DNA of 63,933 nt, counting the filler, from Choristocarpus tenellus KU-1152 (taxonomy: Eukaryota > Protista > Phaeophyceae): NCBI GenBank assembly GCA_964200185.2. It is 11 parts of 11 records of this genome, joined end to end, with 100 filler letters (N's around TTAATTAATTAA, not from the genome) between each part and the next. Parts side by side here need not be neighbours in the genome. Positions count along the whole stretch, not along the records: positions 47,147 to 56,047 come from CAXNAD020004211.1; positions 56,148 to 61,109 come from CAXNAD020012363.1; positions 61,210 to 63,933 come from CAXNAD020025292.1; 8 more parts are not named here. One strand, written 5' to 3'. Shown piece after piece: positions 53,750 through 63,933 of this stretch; position 1 is the stretch's first letter; every line of letters starts with the position of its first letter. The notes below the pieces were generated by a model. That model was not told the origin of the DNA and made no database searches. It saw nothing but the letters and a program-made list of their open reading frames with translations. The position numbers were made by a program, and so were the translations under genes.

Positions 53750-55200
53750 TGTGAAAGCGTGCTTAGGGAGACTAGGAACTACCCTCCGTTATGGATAGGG
53801 CTCACTCTTCGCTGTAACCAAATAAAGCACATTCTAGGGTTAGGGTTACATACCGTCTTGGTAAAGCACCTGCTCTTTGGGAGCGTGGGAACACATACTA
53901 TAACAAGCTATCTTCCGTATAGGCACTGCAGACCAAAGGGAGTGCGTTTACTGCTTGATTGAAGAAGGCAATAGAAGGAAGAGTCAGGGGCGTCATGGCT
54001 TCAGGGATTGACCGAGACATGGCGGCAGAAATCGAGGCAGCAGTTCAAGCCTGGGTCGAGGTGCAGCTAGGGGAGTGTGTGGCTTTAGCCGTAGCGAATG
54101 CATTGGCCCAGCAAAGAGGGCAGGCTGTGATAGGGTGACCGGAATAACAGGAACAGCAGTTGCAATTAACAACCCCTGGAGTGGAGTAGGGATTCTACAT
54201 ACAGATTGGAGGTACCCGCGTGGAACAGTGAGACCGAAGAGTGGATTGCATGGAAAACTCGTTTCCAAGCTATATAGTGATGACCAGGGCGTTGCGCGCG
54301 TTCCGTGGGGAGCTGAACCATCTGCAGGAAGGAGCAGATCGAGGGAGCACGGATGAGTGAGACATTTACAACAGGGGAAGGATAACACTTCTCAATGGTT
54401 TTAAGGGAATGGTGCTGGAGATCATGATGGAGCACGAGGGATCCAGTACCGCCATGGACGCATTGTGCGAGTAATATGAACCTTGTACCTAGGATTAGAG
54501 ACTTCGGGTTCGAGAGGAGTTCCGGTCCATCAAGCTTGGACCCGGAGAGGAACCCCAACTATATATTCTGAACACCTGCGACTGGGTAAAAGGCTGACTT
54601 CATTGGGACAAGTGATCAGCAATGAGGAATTGGACGTAACCATTCTGACTGAACTACCAGAAGAGTACAAGCTTGAACAACGAATGTTCCAATGAGAGCA
54701 ACAACTCTAAGTAGGACGGAGTTAGAGCAGGGACTTGCGAACAGATTTCGCCAGTTGAAAACAGAAATAGCTGTCCATCAGGGGAGGACAAAGGCAGCTT
54801 TGACGGCCAGGAGGCAGTATGTGGCACCGTGGTCGGAGCGGATAAAATGCTATGCCTTTGGCAAGAAGGGGCAGTACAGCAATAAATGTCCTAGCAACAA
54901 ATGTGACATCTGAGAAGATGGGAAATTTGGCAGCAATATGCCGTGAATTACGTTGGGACTTGGGTGATGGCGGTCATACTGCCGGTGGAGGTGCTGACAA
55001 TAACGGGGACAATGTTGGTACCGATGGAAGCAAGAGCACACAGGATCGTACTTCGTGTGGTATGAATGTTGTCAGGAGACACTGACGCAGGGGAGGAGTG
55101 CTGGTCGTGACCAACGAGTCAACCTGCGACGTGGGGACACCACCAGATGTCGAAGAAAGGAATTTTGACACTGGTGCAAACGGTCACATTGTCGAATAAC
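53750..55200 (+). mobile_element. Decayed Ty1/Copia 5' part (possible short LTR, gag, zinc knuckle, protease)
   Basis: LTSLGQVISNEELDVTILTELPEEY (gag), KCYAFGKKGQYSNKCP (degenerate CCHC), FDTGANGHI (protease DTG); the TG...CA segment at 53750-53905 is only a tentative LTR. Confidence 0.82.
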
Positions 55201-55471
55201 CTAGTGTTATCCTTACGTTATCTGTGCTGATACAAGTATATAACATCATATATTATTATTATTATTAATGCCCTCTGACATTTTGCAGATGTGTCAGGGG
55301 GAAAACAAATGAAATCTATACATATGTCAGTATAAGCCCTAAAGAAATAAAATATCATAAATGTGATATACAGTAGGTTGCCCGATTTTGTTCACCCATG
55401 GGCATGCCCGAAAAAAGCAGAACAAAATGGATGTGGTAAAAATCGTATTTTGTACCACTCGGTACAAAACC

Positions 55472-55740
55472 GGGAAATCAATCGTGGAATCAACTAACAA
55501 TTGTGGCATTCCTGGGAAATCAATCGTGGTATCGACTAATTAATCGTGGTGAGCTGGGACATCAATCGTCAAAGTGACTAATTAATCGTGGTGAGCTGGG
55601 ACATCAATCGTCAAAGTGACTAATTAATCGTGGTGAGCTGGGAAATCAATCGTGGAATTGACTAATTAATTGTGGCGAGCTGGGAAATCAATCGTGGAAT
55701 CGACTAATTAATAATGGTGAGCTGGGAAATGAATCATAAG
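55472..55740 (+). repeat. 42-bp minisatellite, about 6.4 copies
   Basis: GGGAAATCAATCGTGGAATCGACTAATTAATCGTGGTGAGCT units at 55472, 55514, 55556, 55598, 55640, 55682 and 55724. Confidence 0.95.
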
Positions 55741-55800
55741 CTTCATGGATAGGATGGAAACGATTCGAGCACTTATTTTTAATGATGCTTATGTGTTAAT

Positions 55801-55984
55801 GGCTCAAAGTATCTGGGGGGGGTGGCGGCTGTCCATTTGGGGTCAATTTTTTCATGTCCCAATTTCCCAATTGGGTGATTTGGTTGCATACGCCGGATGA
55901 ATAATGTAACTGCACGTTTCCTGGTTTTGCCCCAAATGGACACCCTGGTGTAGACCCCCCTCCCCCCCCAAGATACTTTGGGTC
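55801..55984 (+). mobile_element. MITE family A, full length, with AAT target-site duplication
   Basis: aat|ggctcaaagtatctgggg...ccccaagatactttgggtc|aat. Confidence 0.93.
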
Positions 55985-57634
55985 AATGCACATCTCCCGC
56001 CTCGCCATAAGAAAAAAGAATACTGTATGTACCTTCTACCTTAGAGTNNNNNNNNNNNNNNNNNNNNNNNNNNNNNNNNNNNNNNNNNNNNTTAATTAAT
56101 TAANNNNNNNNNNNNNNNNNNNNNNNNNNNNNNNNNNNNNNNNNNNNGGGGGGGGGGGGGGGGGGCGAATACAGGTTGATCATATGAATAGACATGTTTT
56201 TAAACAGCCAGTGCTTATGCCGACTGGAAAGTGGTTTCAGAGTGGGGGTGGTGGGAACAGGGTTCGACGAGGTTACAGAGATAGGAATATTTAAGGGTAG
56301 CACGAAGGATTCAACTCTTTACTTAAGACCTGCAGAGTGGTGATAACACTTGTGCATTGTCTCAAGATACCTGAACCAGGATTGGGCCAGGAAAAAAAAA
56401 AAAAGTCCTACACATGGACCGGTGCGTACACTGAATTCAACCTCTTCTCCTTACTTCAGAGCAGCAAATCATACGGGAAAATCGTACGTCTCAGTGCAAA
56501 AAAAAATCGGTTATACAGGCCTTATTCTTGTGTAGAATGTATAGACACAAAGTGTACTGATTTAGATGGGATTCCCGTCAGGAAAAGGGTTTGGGTGCAT
56601 CTGGATCCACAAGTAATACTCGCGTCTGTGCCCAGCAAAGGCAGCACTATCACACTTTTGACCTTAGTCGAAGCAGTGTGAACTCACACACACTGAAAAT
56701 GATCCGCTCTAGATGATCGACTGTTCTAGAACAGCTGGAGGACTTGGAGTATGTATCATGTGCCTTCCCACAGCCTGGACGGATCCAAGTGCCTCCTAGA
56801 GTTGCCACTAAACAAACCCAATGGGACCCAGAAGCCTCGATTGCAAGGGGAGTTCAACAGTTTTCCCAGGGGCAGATCTATGACAGGGGGTCAGCTTGTA
56901 AGGTCTAAAGTACAATCACAGCGTCCAACCCTGACTGACGAGAGAGATGAAGTAGTATGCAAGAGTGTAGGCAAACCCTCGTGTATTGACTAACTGCAGT
57001 AGAAAGCATAGATTATCCCTGGCAGGCAAGGTACTGACTATGATAGCCCTGGTAGTAAGGATGCTAGCCAGTGAAGGGAGGGAACAAGACCATAAGAGCC
57101 AGTGAAAGGCAACCGTACACCGAGTACATGGAGAAAGGACAAACTATTCTGGCCTCTTGGAAAACCTCCAAACGGTAGAGGAAGTGCGCCTTCTTGAACA
57201 TATGAGGCTTCTTCTCAAGTTCCAGTGTCAAACGTGTTTGCAACACGGGGCTCTCATACTTGTACAAGGGCGTCAAGGTAACGGGAGTGAACAACAGTGC
57301 CAACTTTGCTATTTTTCTTGGTATCAGCTGTAGCCAATACATTCTATTGGCCCAGGATTTTATCCTATTTTTGCCATGTACAGGGCCTGAAGGATGAATA
57401 ACATGCTAGGTGCCCAACAAGAGACGACAGTTACAAAAATCTCAGCATGCATGGAGTAATCCTTCCCGTAAGGGCACACATTGGCATTGTTTGTTATGCC
57501 ACGATTACGTACAGAGAGCTTTCTCGCTGTGAGCAGCTTGCAATGGGAGAATGGTGAGAGGAAAGCGTGACCCATGATCGTCACATATTTATCTATGAAC
57601 CGACTCACAACCTATGCCCCGTGCTCTGTCTTAC

Positions 57635-58668
57635 CTGTCACCAGACTCTGACCACGAAACAAGTTGCCCCTCCCCTTGCAGACGCTTGATGTATGCACAA
57701 CGCCCTTCAATAAGGTTCCAGAGTCGCATGGTCCGGTCACGGGAGACTGAGAGCGCCATACGCCCAGAAGGATGAATGCTGTGCAAGTCGGAGAACGATG
57801 GTCAGGGGAGACAAAATTACTGTCTCGCCATTGAAAAGCCCTCTATCAAACCCCTGCTGAGCCAAATTTCGGCAGACTTCATGTTCGAGATATTTCAGAA
57901 GCTGTGTCCAGCAGCGACCTCTTACTTGTAATCGCAAACGAGATGAAAGGGTCCCGAGCTTCAGAATATGCCTGTCTGTTTTTGAGGGAAAGCAAGGTAG
58001 GAACTGCTACGGCTCCACGATTTCACCTGAGCGATGTGACAGCGGCCTTGTGTCCGCCGAGTACGTGCAAGAGCGCCCAGTCATGCACGCGCCAGATGCA
58101 GAGTGTATGATCCTCACTACCCGTGAGCAGGTGAGTGGACTTGTAGAACTCCATGCACGTCACGGTTCCTGTGTGCGAGGCGTGCAATGAGTGGGATGAT
58201 TGGGAGGAATGCTTACAGCCTTAGCTATAAGCAGCGGTAGGAGAAGGTAGGGGGGGCAGTGACTCTATGGTTGTATCATAGCCACAAATGACATAAAATG
58301 GATAAGCGATTCCGTCATTAGGCATGTCATGGGCTAAACACCAACACTCGGATCACTCCTTCCTCAGTACCATTATGCTGCTGCAGCTCCCCCAGTTCCT
58401 TTCGATCTAGGATGTCGTAAATGCGGATCCGCTCGTCTGCACCACCAGTAACGAGAAGACGCCCTGCTCGGGAGCCAGAGGTGGCTAGGGCGACCGATTT
58501 GATGCAACCAACGTGAACATTGTAGCCAAAGGACAAGGTCATCTCCTTCGTCAAAGACGACGAGGCGACCTTGGGAGTTGCTGACACTGAAACACTACCC
58601 TCTTCACCATCTACTTTTGCATCCCAACCGTAGCAAAAACCTTCATATGTCCCAGCAACGATGCGCAT
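57635..58668 (-). CDS. PAK1IP1: PAK1IP1/Mak11-like WD40 60S biogenesis factor, first three exons (58668-58371, 58168-58027, 57778-57635)
   Basis: MRIVAGTYEG N-terminus, LVTGGADERIRIYD...ELGELQQHNG, LLTGSEDHTLCIW, GHKAAVTSLSIHPSGRMALSVSRDRTMRLWNL; phase-consistent GT-AG introns. Confidence 0.92.
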
Positions 58669-59399
58669 CGTTGAGAGGCAAACGTTGCGTGGGCTTAAGA
58701 CTTCAGTTGTTGGTTGTGGTTGGTTCAAGGTCAACAGTTGAGAACAATGCAAGCATATATGTTCCTCCGGGGGAAGAGACACACCTGTTATTAAATTATT
58801 TTTTTCATTTTGTGTCAAGTCTATCAAGCGGAAAGTTACATCCTTAACCTTCACCCACTACAACACTCCTACTTAGTAGGAACTACTAACTCGACTGTCC
58901 CCCCCTTGACAGCATCTACAAAATATCAGTGGGCATAAAATGAAGCAAGATATCACAAATGATATCCTCCTGCTGCTCTGCTGCTGCTGGCCATTACCAC
59001 CTGCTGGATCTTCTCCTCCACTTTTCTCCCAGCACACTCACCCTGGGTTTAACCATGTACGCACCTCCTCCATTCTTTTCTCCTGGTGCTGCTGGATCAC
59101 AGTGGTTACTGCCTCACAGAGCTTCTCTTCTTCTTCCTCTCATAGCGTAGCCCCCCCTCTTACCCATACACACTTCTCTGCGTGTGAGATCAACCTCCAG
59201 TGCCTTACCCTGGTTACGGAAGATCAGCAGTAGCCCATTAAGTTGCGTGTGAGACACGGGACTGACTTTACAGGATTATCGTAAAATGTTCCTCTGGGTG
59301 GGTGTGGTTCTGTGCACAGGTCTGATTCTATATAGACTAAGCACAAAGACGTGATTGTGACGTGAGGTGCAAGGACCAGCACACAACAACATAATGTTG

Positions 59400-59900
59400 T
59401 TAGAAGGGACCCCCAGGGGAGAAAAAAATAGCTTGTTCCCTACATAATCGTCTGAGGAACAGATATGAACGCGCAACAAAAACGGAGCACAGGCCAAAGG
59501 CCCATCGCCATCCACGAGGACAACAGAGGGACCATAATAATTGACCAACACCTTGACCCACATCCCCAGGACCAAGCGTGTTGGGGTTCGACACACCTTT
59601 CTCCGGAAAAAGGTTGCTGCCGGCACCATCAGGATAGTTCACATCAGGACCAAGAAGCAACATGCACACGCATTGACCAAGAACCTTCAGCGTGTACGAC
59701 TGGAAGACATTCACTCACACCTACTGACACCTAGACTTCTGACTCTTAATTCTTTGATTTCTTATTTTAATTACCTCAGTATCACATACAGAAATTCCTT
59801 TTTTGCTGATACTCTTATTTTCTTGGCTCTGTACTCTTTGTTGGTAGCTGCACGTAACTCCTTCACGAGTGTTGGACTTCGTTTAGTTGGGGAGGTTAAT
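59400..59900 (+). mobile_element. Decayed Ty1/Copia RNase H and 3' region
   Basis: IHEDNRGTI / RTKRVGVRHTFLRKKV...QHAHALTKNL across a frameshift; purine tract ggggagg near 59889. Confidence 0.82.
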
Positions 59901-60892
59901 ATATAGGCCACTTTCTCCTTCTTCTCAGTGATCTAGTGATTACTACTGTTGGTTTGTCCACTAGTACTGTTCGCATAGTGTGTGAACACTTAGATCGCAC
60001 AAGTACCGCTCCACGCGGTATGTAAGCGCAACTTACCGTTGCAGTGTGTATGACCATTTATTCATACGGATTCTTGGGATGCTTCCCTAGCTCGTGTGTG
60101 TAGGGCTAAACTAGGTTGGAGGCATAGGAGGAAGTGGTGTGACATAGCTGGAAGTCAAATAGGAAATACCCCAGAGTAGAATTTAGAGAGATATCTTTCA
60201 CATTTGCGACAATTATTACTTTTACAGGATTCTTTAGTGTATTAAATTCACTTTTCAAACCAATAACCCAAGGACCCCTGTAAAAGCAGCAGTTGTTGTA
60301 AATGTGATTGATCCATATCCCAAAACTGTTTACCACCATTTGAATACTACCTATACTGCAACACTCCCTTAAAGGCTCGAAATTATGTTATGTGTACACT
60401 GCTGCGATATGGCTCTGACCAGCTTAGCCTCGATGTGTAGCTACACTACAATTGATCGCTCCAATAAGTACACGTTCTTCAACATACAAACTCAGTATGC
60501 GATACATAAGGAGTTGACTTAAAGGTACTAATTCCAGGGATCAAGTGTACCGTAAGTTACAGAATGGTACATGTATGATCTAGGTGCTTACACTCTAAGC
60601 AACCACTACTAGTAGACGAACGAACTGTCAACACCAGTTGATAGTGCTGTGCTGTATCCATGGACTAAGAAGAATGTATCCTATGTTTTAACATGTGACA
60701 CCACAAAATGAAAGTCTCTTTTTCTGTAAATGTACAAAATGACATCTTCTGCCCTTTCTTGGGATCCTTAAAATGAAACTGCCTACCTCTCAATTGGTTT
60801 GACTCGACTATCACACCTGTGTAACACTACATGGGGTAGCGACAGATGTGGGGCTATGTGTAGAGGGTTTTCTTTGATCAGAGTATTTTGAA

Positions 60893-61042
60893 GGCTCAAA
60901 GTATCTGGGGGGGGGGTGTTGGCTGTCCATTTGGGGTCAATTTTTTCATATCGCGATTTTCGGGTGATTTGGTTGCATACGTCTAATGGATAATGTAAAT
61001 GCACGTGTCTTGATTTTCCCCAAATGGACACCCTGATGTAGC
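60893..61042 (+). mobile_element. MITE family A, 3' TIR missing
   Basis: ggctcaaagtatctgggg...cccaaatggacaccctgatgtag. Confidence 0.88.
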
Positions 61043-61492
61043 ACTCACTATTCCCGCCCCCCCGCCAGCAGCGCTCTGGGCAGAACCAGAGGACGAGGAA
61101 GGCCCTGCANNNNNNNNNNNNNNNNNNNNNNNNNNNNNNNNNNNNNNNNNNNNTTAATTAATTAANNNNNNNNNNNNNNNNNNNNNNNNNNNNNNNNNNN
61201 NNNNNNNNNGGGTGTGGGGGGGGGGGCGGGGGGTGGGGGGGGGGGGGGGTTCAGGCAACACTGTCGATAAAACAAACAAGGACGCTTTTTATTGTATGTC
61301 TGTGGTTAACCACACATACATACTACATAGTCAACCGAAAATCAATAAGTTGGTTGACAGGGTTCCTAAAAGTGGGATAACTATCTCAACTTAAATTGAA
61401 TAGGAGGACACAGAGAGATTTCACAACAGCTGTAACCCAACTATAGGAGGAGTAGAGCGCCACCATCCCACCAACGTTGACAACTCCCTCAC

Positions 61493-62367
61493 CTTTTTGT
61501 ACATTTTGCAGATCTCTATTAGTAACACTTCTTTTTTCTTCGTCTGTCGCTTGATAGCTTCTTCGAGCTCGTGCTGAAAATATATCTTATCGTACAGCGT
61601 GCGCTCAACCACACTCTCGGTCGCATTGTTGAATGCTATAAGCATGGCGGTGCAGTGGGCGAATGGGACAAGGGGTAGGTGGGAAGCGGTCGCGGGACAC
61701 ACGTGGCATACAGTACTGAGCCACATGTTGCTGTGGGCAGAAATACCACGAGGGATAAAAAAGATCAACAACGAAGAGATCAACAACGAAAAGATCCTCA
61801 ATGGGCCGACTGACGATGAACCAAACAAAGGAAACTCGGCAACAACTTCGTACATCAGAAGAGTCATCAGGCGATCATGGAACAACGAAAACACTAAACT
61901 TACTTTGTTGCTTAGTTGATCAGAATAGTCAGGCGATCATGGAACAACGACAACACTCCATCACCCACCGCTGGCAATTAGCCTCTCTTCTGCTTGGTTG
62001 AACTCCATGTAGACACGCATCATGAAAGCGCGTTCGGGATCAAACTCTCTCTTCAGCACCGTTATTCTATGGTTTCCGTCCAGTGTACATCCTTGAATGG
62101 CAAGCGCAGTTTCGGCGGTGAGCTGGTCCCCATTACCTAGACAGTCTCGCTGGATTACGATAGACGGAGCAAACTGCTCCAGCCAGCCATTCTCCTGGAT
62201 AGACTTGCTGACGCGCGCAAGGTCACGCTCGTTCAGGGGATGCACCATCTCTGTGCATATGATGTTGCCGAGTTTCATCCGGTACGTGCCAAGGTAGTGA
62301 TATTCTAGGAGCGAGGACACGCCCTTCAGATTGCTGTCCCACGTTCTCGATCCGTGGGTAGCGCCAT
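61493..62367 (-). CDS. Spliced ParB/Sulfiredoxin-fold protein, partial (exons ~62367/62277-61969 and 61635-61493); possible 5' frameshift
   Basis: LNERDLARVSKSIQENGW..P.IVI...LDGNHRITVLK; a 333-bp GT-AG phase-1 intron joins EERLIAS/AFNNATESVVERTLYDKI, paralleling the helix after the ParB N-domain. Confidence 0.72.
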
Positions 62368-62627
62368 CGGCGGGCAGGTGGGTTGTTGTTGAGCGAATGC
62401 TTGGACATGGAGAAGGTTGGGAGGGTGTGACGGGGATCGATAAATAACAGGTGTGCGTGGTATGTACTGAAGGGAATGAATTGAAATGAGGACTGCGGGA
62501 TGGGAGGTGCTGCTTTATTTCATCTGGTCGGTCGGTCCTCAAAACTCAGATTTGTCTTTCCGTTGATAATTGTGTTATAAAAAATACGAATATCGAACAG
62601 CATACGATTTCATACTGGAAAGAGATA

Positions 62628-63340
62628 GAGAGTAACAGTTTTTTGTGACCTTTTCGCTTCGTACGTTTCAAGCGTATTGGATCAATGAAGGATGTGGTTT
62701 GTCATTGTATTTGTTGATGTAAAGATTAGAATATTATTCTACTTTTGGAAAAAACCGAACGCACGTGTTTTGGGTCTTCAAGGGTTTAGGCGATCCGATC
62801 GGATCTTTAAAACTCTAGATCCGCTTTTTGTTGTCTCTACTATTTTTTTTAATACGAAAGTCGCCAAAAATCGGTTTTAGTATTTAAATAAATTGTGGGT
62901 ACCAGTTGGAAGTGACCTATTAGTTTCTGAAAATTGGAAACGTGTGAGACCCATAAAGTGCGTGCTTAGTATTTTCAAAAATTGTAAGAACAGTTATTAC
63001 TTGATTTACTATTTCTAATAATCCTAACGCACGTGTTTTGGGTGTTCAAGGGATTACCGGACCCAATCAGATCCGACATACCAAAAGAACACCCAAAACA
63101 CGCCTCTAGTGTTTTTAAGAATGCAAAAACCCAACAATTTAAGATTTTGTACTTCAAAAATTAGAGGGTGTCAGTTTTTTTTTACCATTTGGTTTCTTAA
63201 CGTTGGAAACGTACAATATCAATGAAGTATGTACTTTGTATTTTAAAAATTGTAAGTATGGGTATAATCGGATTTACAACTTCCGAAAACCGTAATGCAC
63301 TGATTTTCAGGATCATGGGTCTCAAGGTGGTCCAACGGAT
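62628..63340 (+). repeat. Three degenerate ~268-bp tandem units
   Basis: Anchors at 62628/62895/63164 and aacgcacgtgttttgggt at 62758/63026, degenerate at 63294. Confidence 0.78.
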
Positions 63341-63436
63341 AGCCCGGAGCTCAAACAAAGTTCATATGCCCGCCTTTGAATCTAATCAATCCTAGACCTT
63401 CTCACTGCCCACGACCGCCTGTTGCCCGAAAACACC

Positions 63437-63860
63437 ATGACAGTTGCTTCCACAGCAAGAGGGTGGCTTTTGTCGCCTGCGTCTCCCCCTGTGTTGCCCC
63501 CTTACCAGCCCGCCAACAATGATGTGCTGGAGCTTTCTACCAATGACGCTTCAGCGACCGGCTCCAAGCTTCGCCAAGGATGGGCTGAACCCATCCCGTT
63601 CAATGAACAGGGTGACTGCAGCAAGCACTTAGCCTGCGTGAAGAAGTTCGCGGCAGATAGCGAGTCCTTCCTTGCACGCATATTGGCCAAAGAGCAGGAC
63701 ATCATCCGGGCGTTTGAGAACCGCCGCGATCGCAAGCACTTCGTTGGCGACCGTGTACCTGTGATTAAGTTGAGACCTGGAGGCGGATCTATGCTCACGG
63801 CCAGCATTGCCGTCTGTACGCAGTTTTTCAAGGCATCGTTCGGGATATCCAATCATGTCA
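63437..63860 (+). CDS. ORF truncated by a MITE; possible N-terminal region of a Sola-like DNA transposase
   Basis: Open ~140 codons, GC3-rich; DCSKHLACVKKF and VCTQFFKASFGISN resemble the Cys motif and the VC..FF..tlgIS motif recalled from Sola2-type transposases. Confidence 0.45.
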
Positions 63861-63933
63861 GAGTGAAACTATCTTAGAGGGTACGATTTTTTCCCTGTTT
63901 GTCCATTTGTGGGGCTTGGCTTCCCATGGATTT
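63861..63933 (-). mobile_element. MITE family B end, inserted into the ORF and cut by the window edge
   Basis: gagtgaaactatcttagagggtacg. Confidence 0.88.

Noticed and set aside
55472-55740. CRISPR-like array
   Set aside because: Units are contiguous with no unique spacers, there are no cas genes, and the context is eukaryotic
56337-57608. Further PAK1IP1 exons
   Set aside because: No WD40-like, phase-compatible exon could be identified with confidence
61961-62542. Sulfiredoxin or bacterial contaminant parB
   Set aside because: Lacks the catalytic FGGCHR Cys, has spliceosomal introns, and the contig carries the host MITE B

Overview
Eukaryotic, repeat-rich DNA. GT-AG introns, TTAGGG tracts and the transposon repertoire suggest a stramenopile such as a brown alga (inference). 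The window is not a real contiguous locus: 11 short contigs are joined by ten artificial 100-bp spacers (N44-TTAATTAATTAA-N44), so adjacency across spacers means nothing. Partial host genes: GAR1, an NCX-type Na+/Ca2+ exchanger, an ALKBH6-like dioxygenase, a PAK1IP1/Mak11-like WD40 protein, a Cys-rich membrane protein and a tRNA-Arg(TCG). Mobile DNA dominates. There are two MITE families that share terminal motifs and make 3-bp target duplications (PIF/Harbinger-like, about 26 full or partial copies, one nested in another), plus decayed hAT, DD39D-type mariner, Ty1/Copia and non-LTR remnants and several satellites. The most unusual region is the last contig (61210-63933). It holds a spliced ParB/Srx-fold (DGNHR) gene, transcribed divergently from a possible Sola-like transposase ORF, with three ~268-bp degenerate tandem repeats between them. 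This is a candidate transposon-borne ParB-like module in a non-fungal eukaryote. All family assignments come from motif recognition by eye and need database confirmation.
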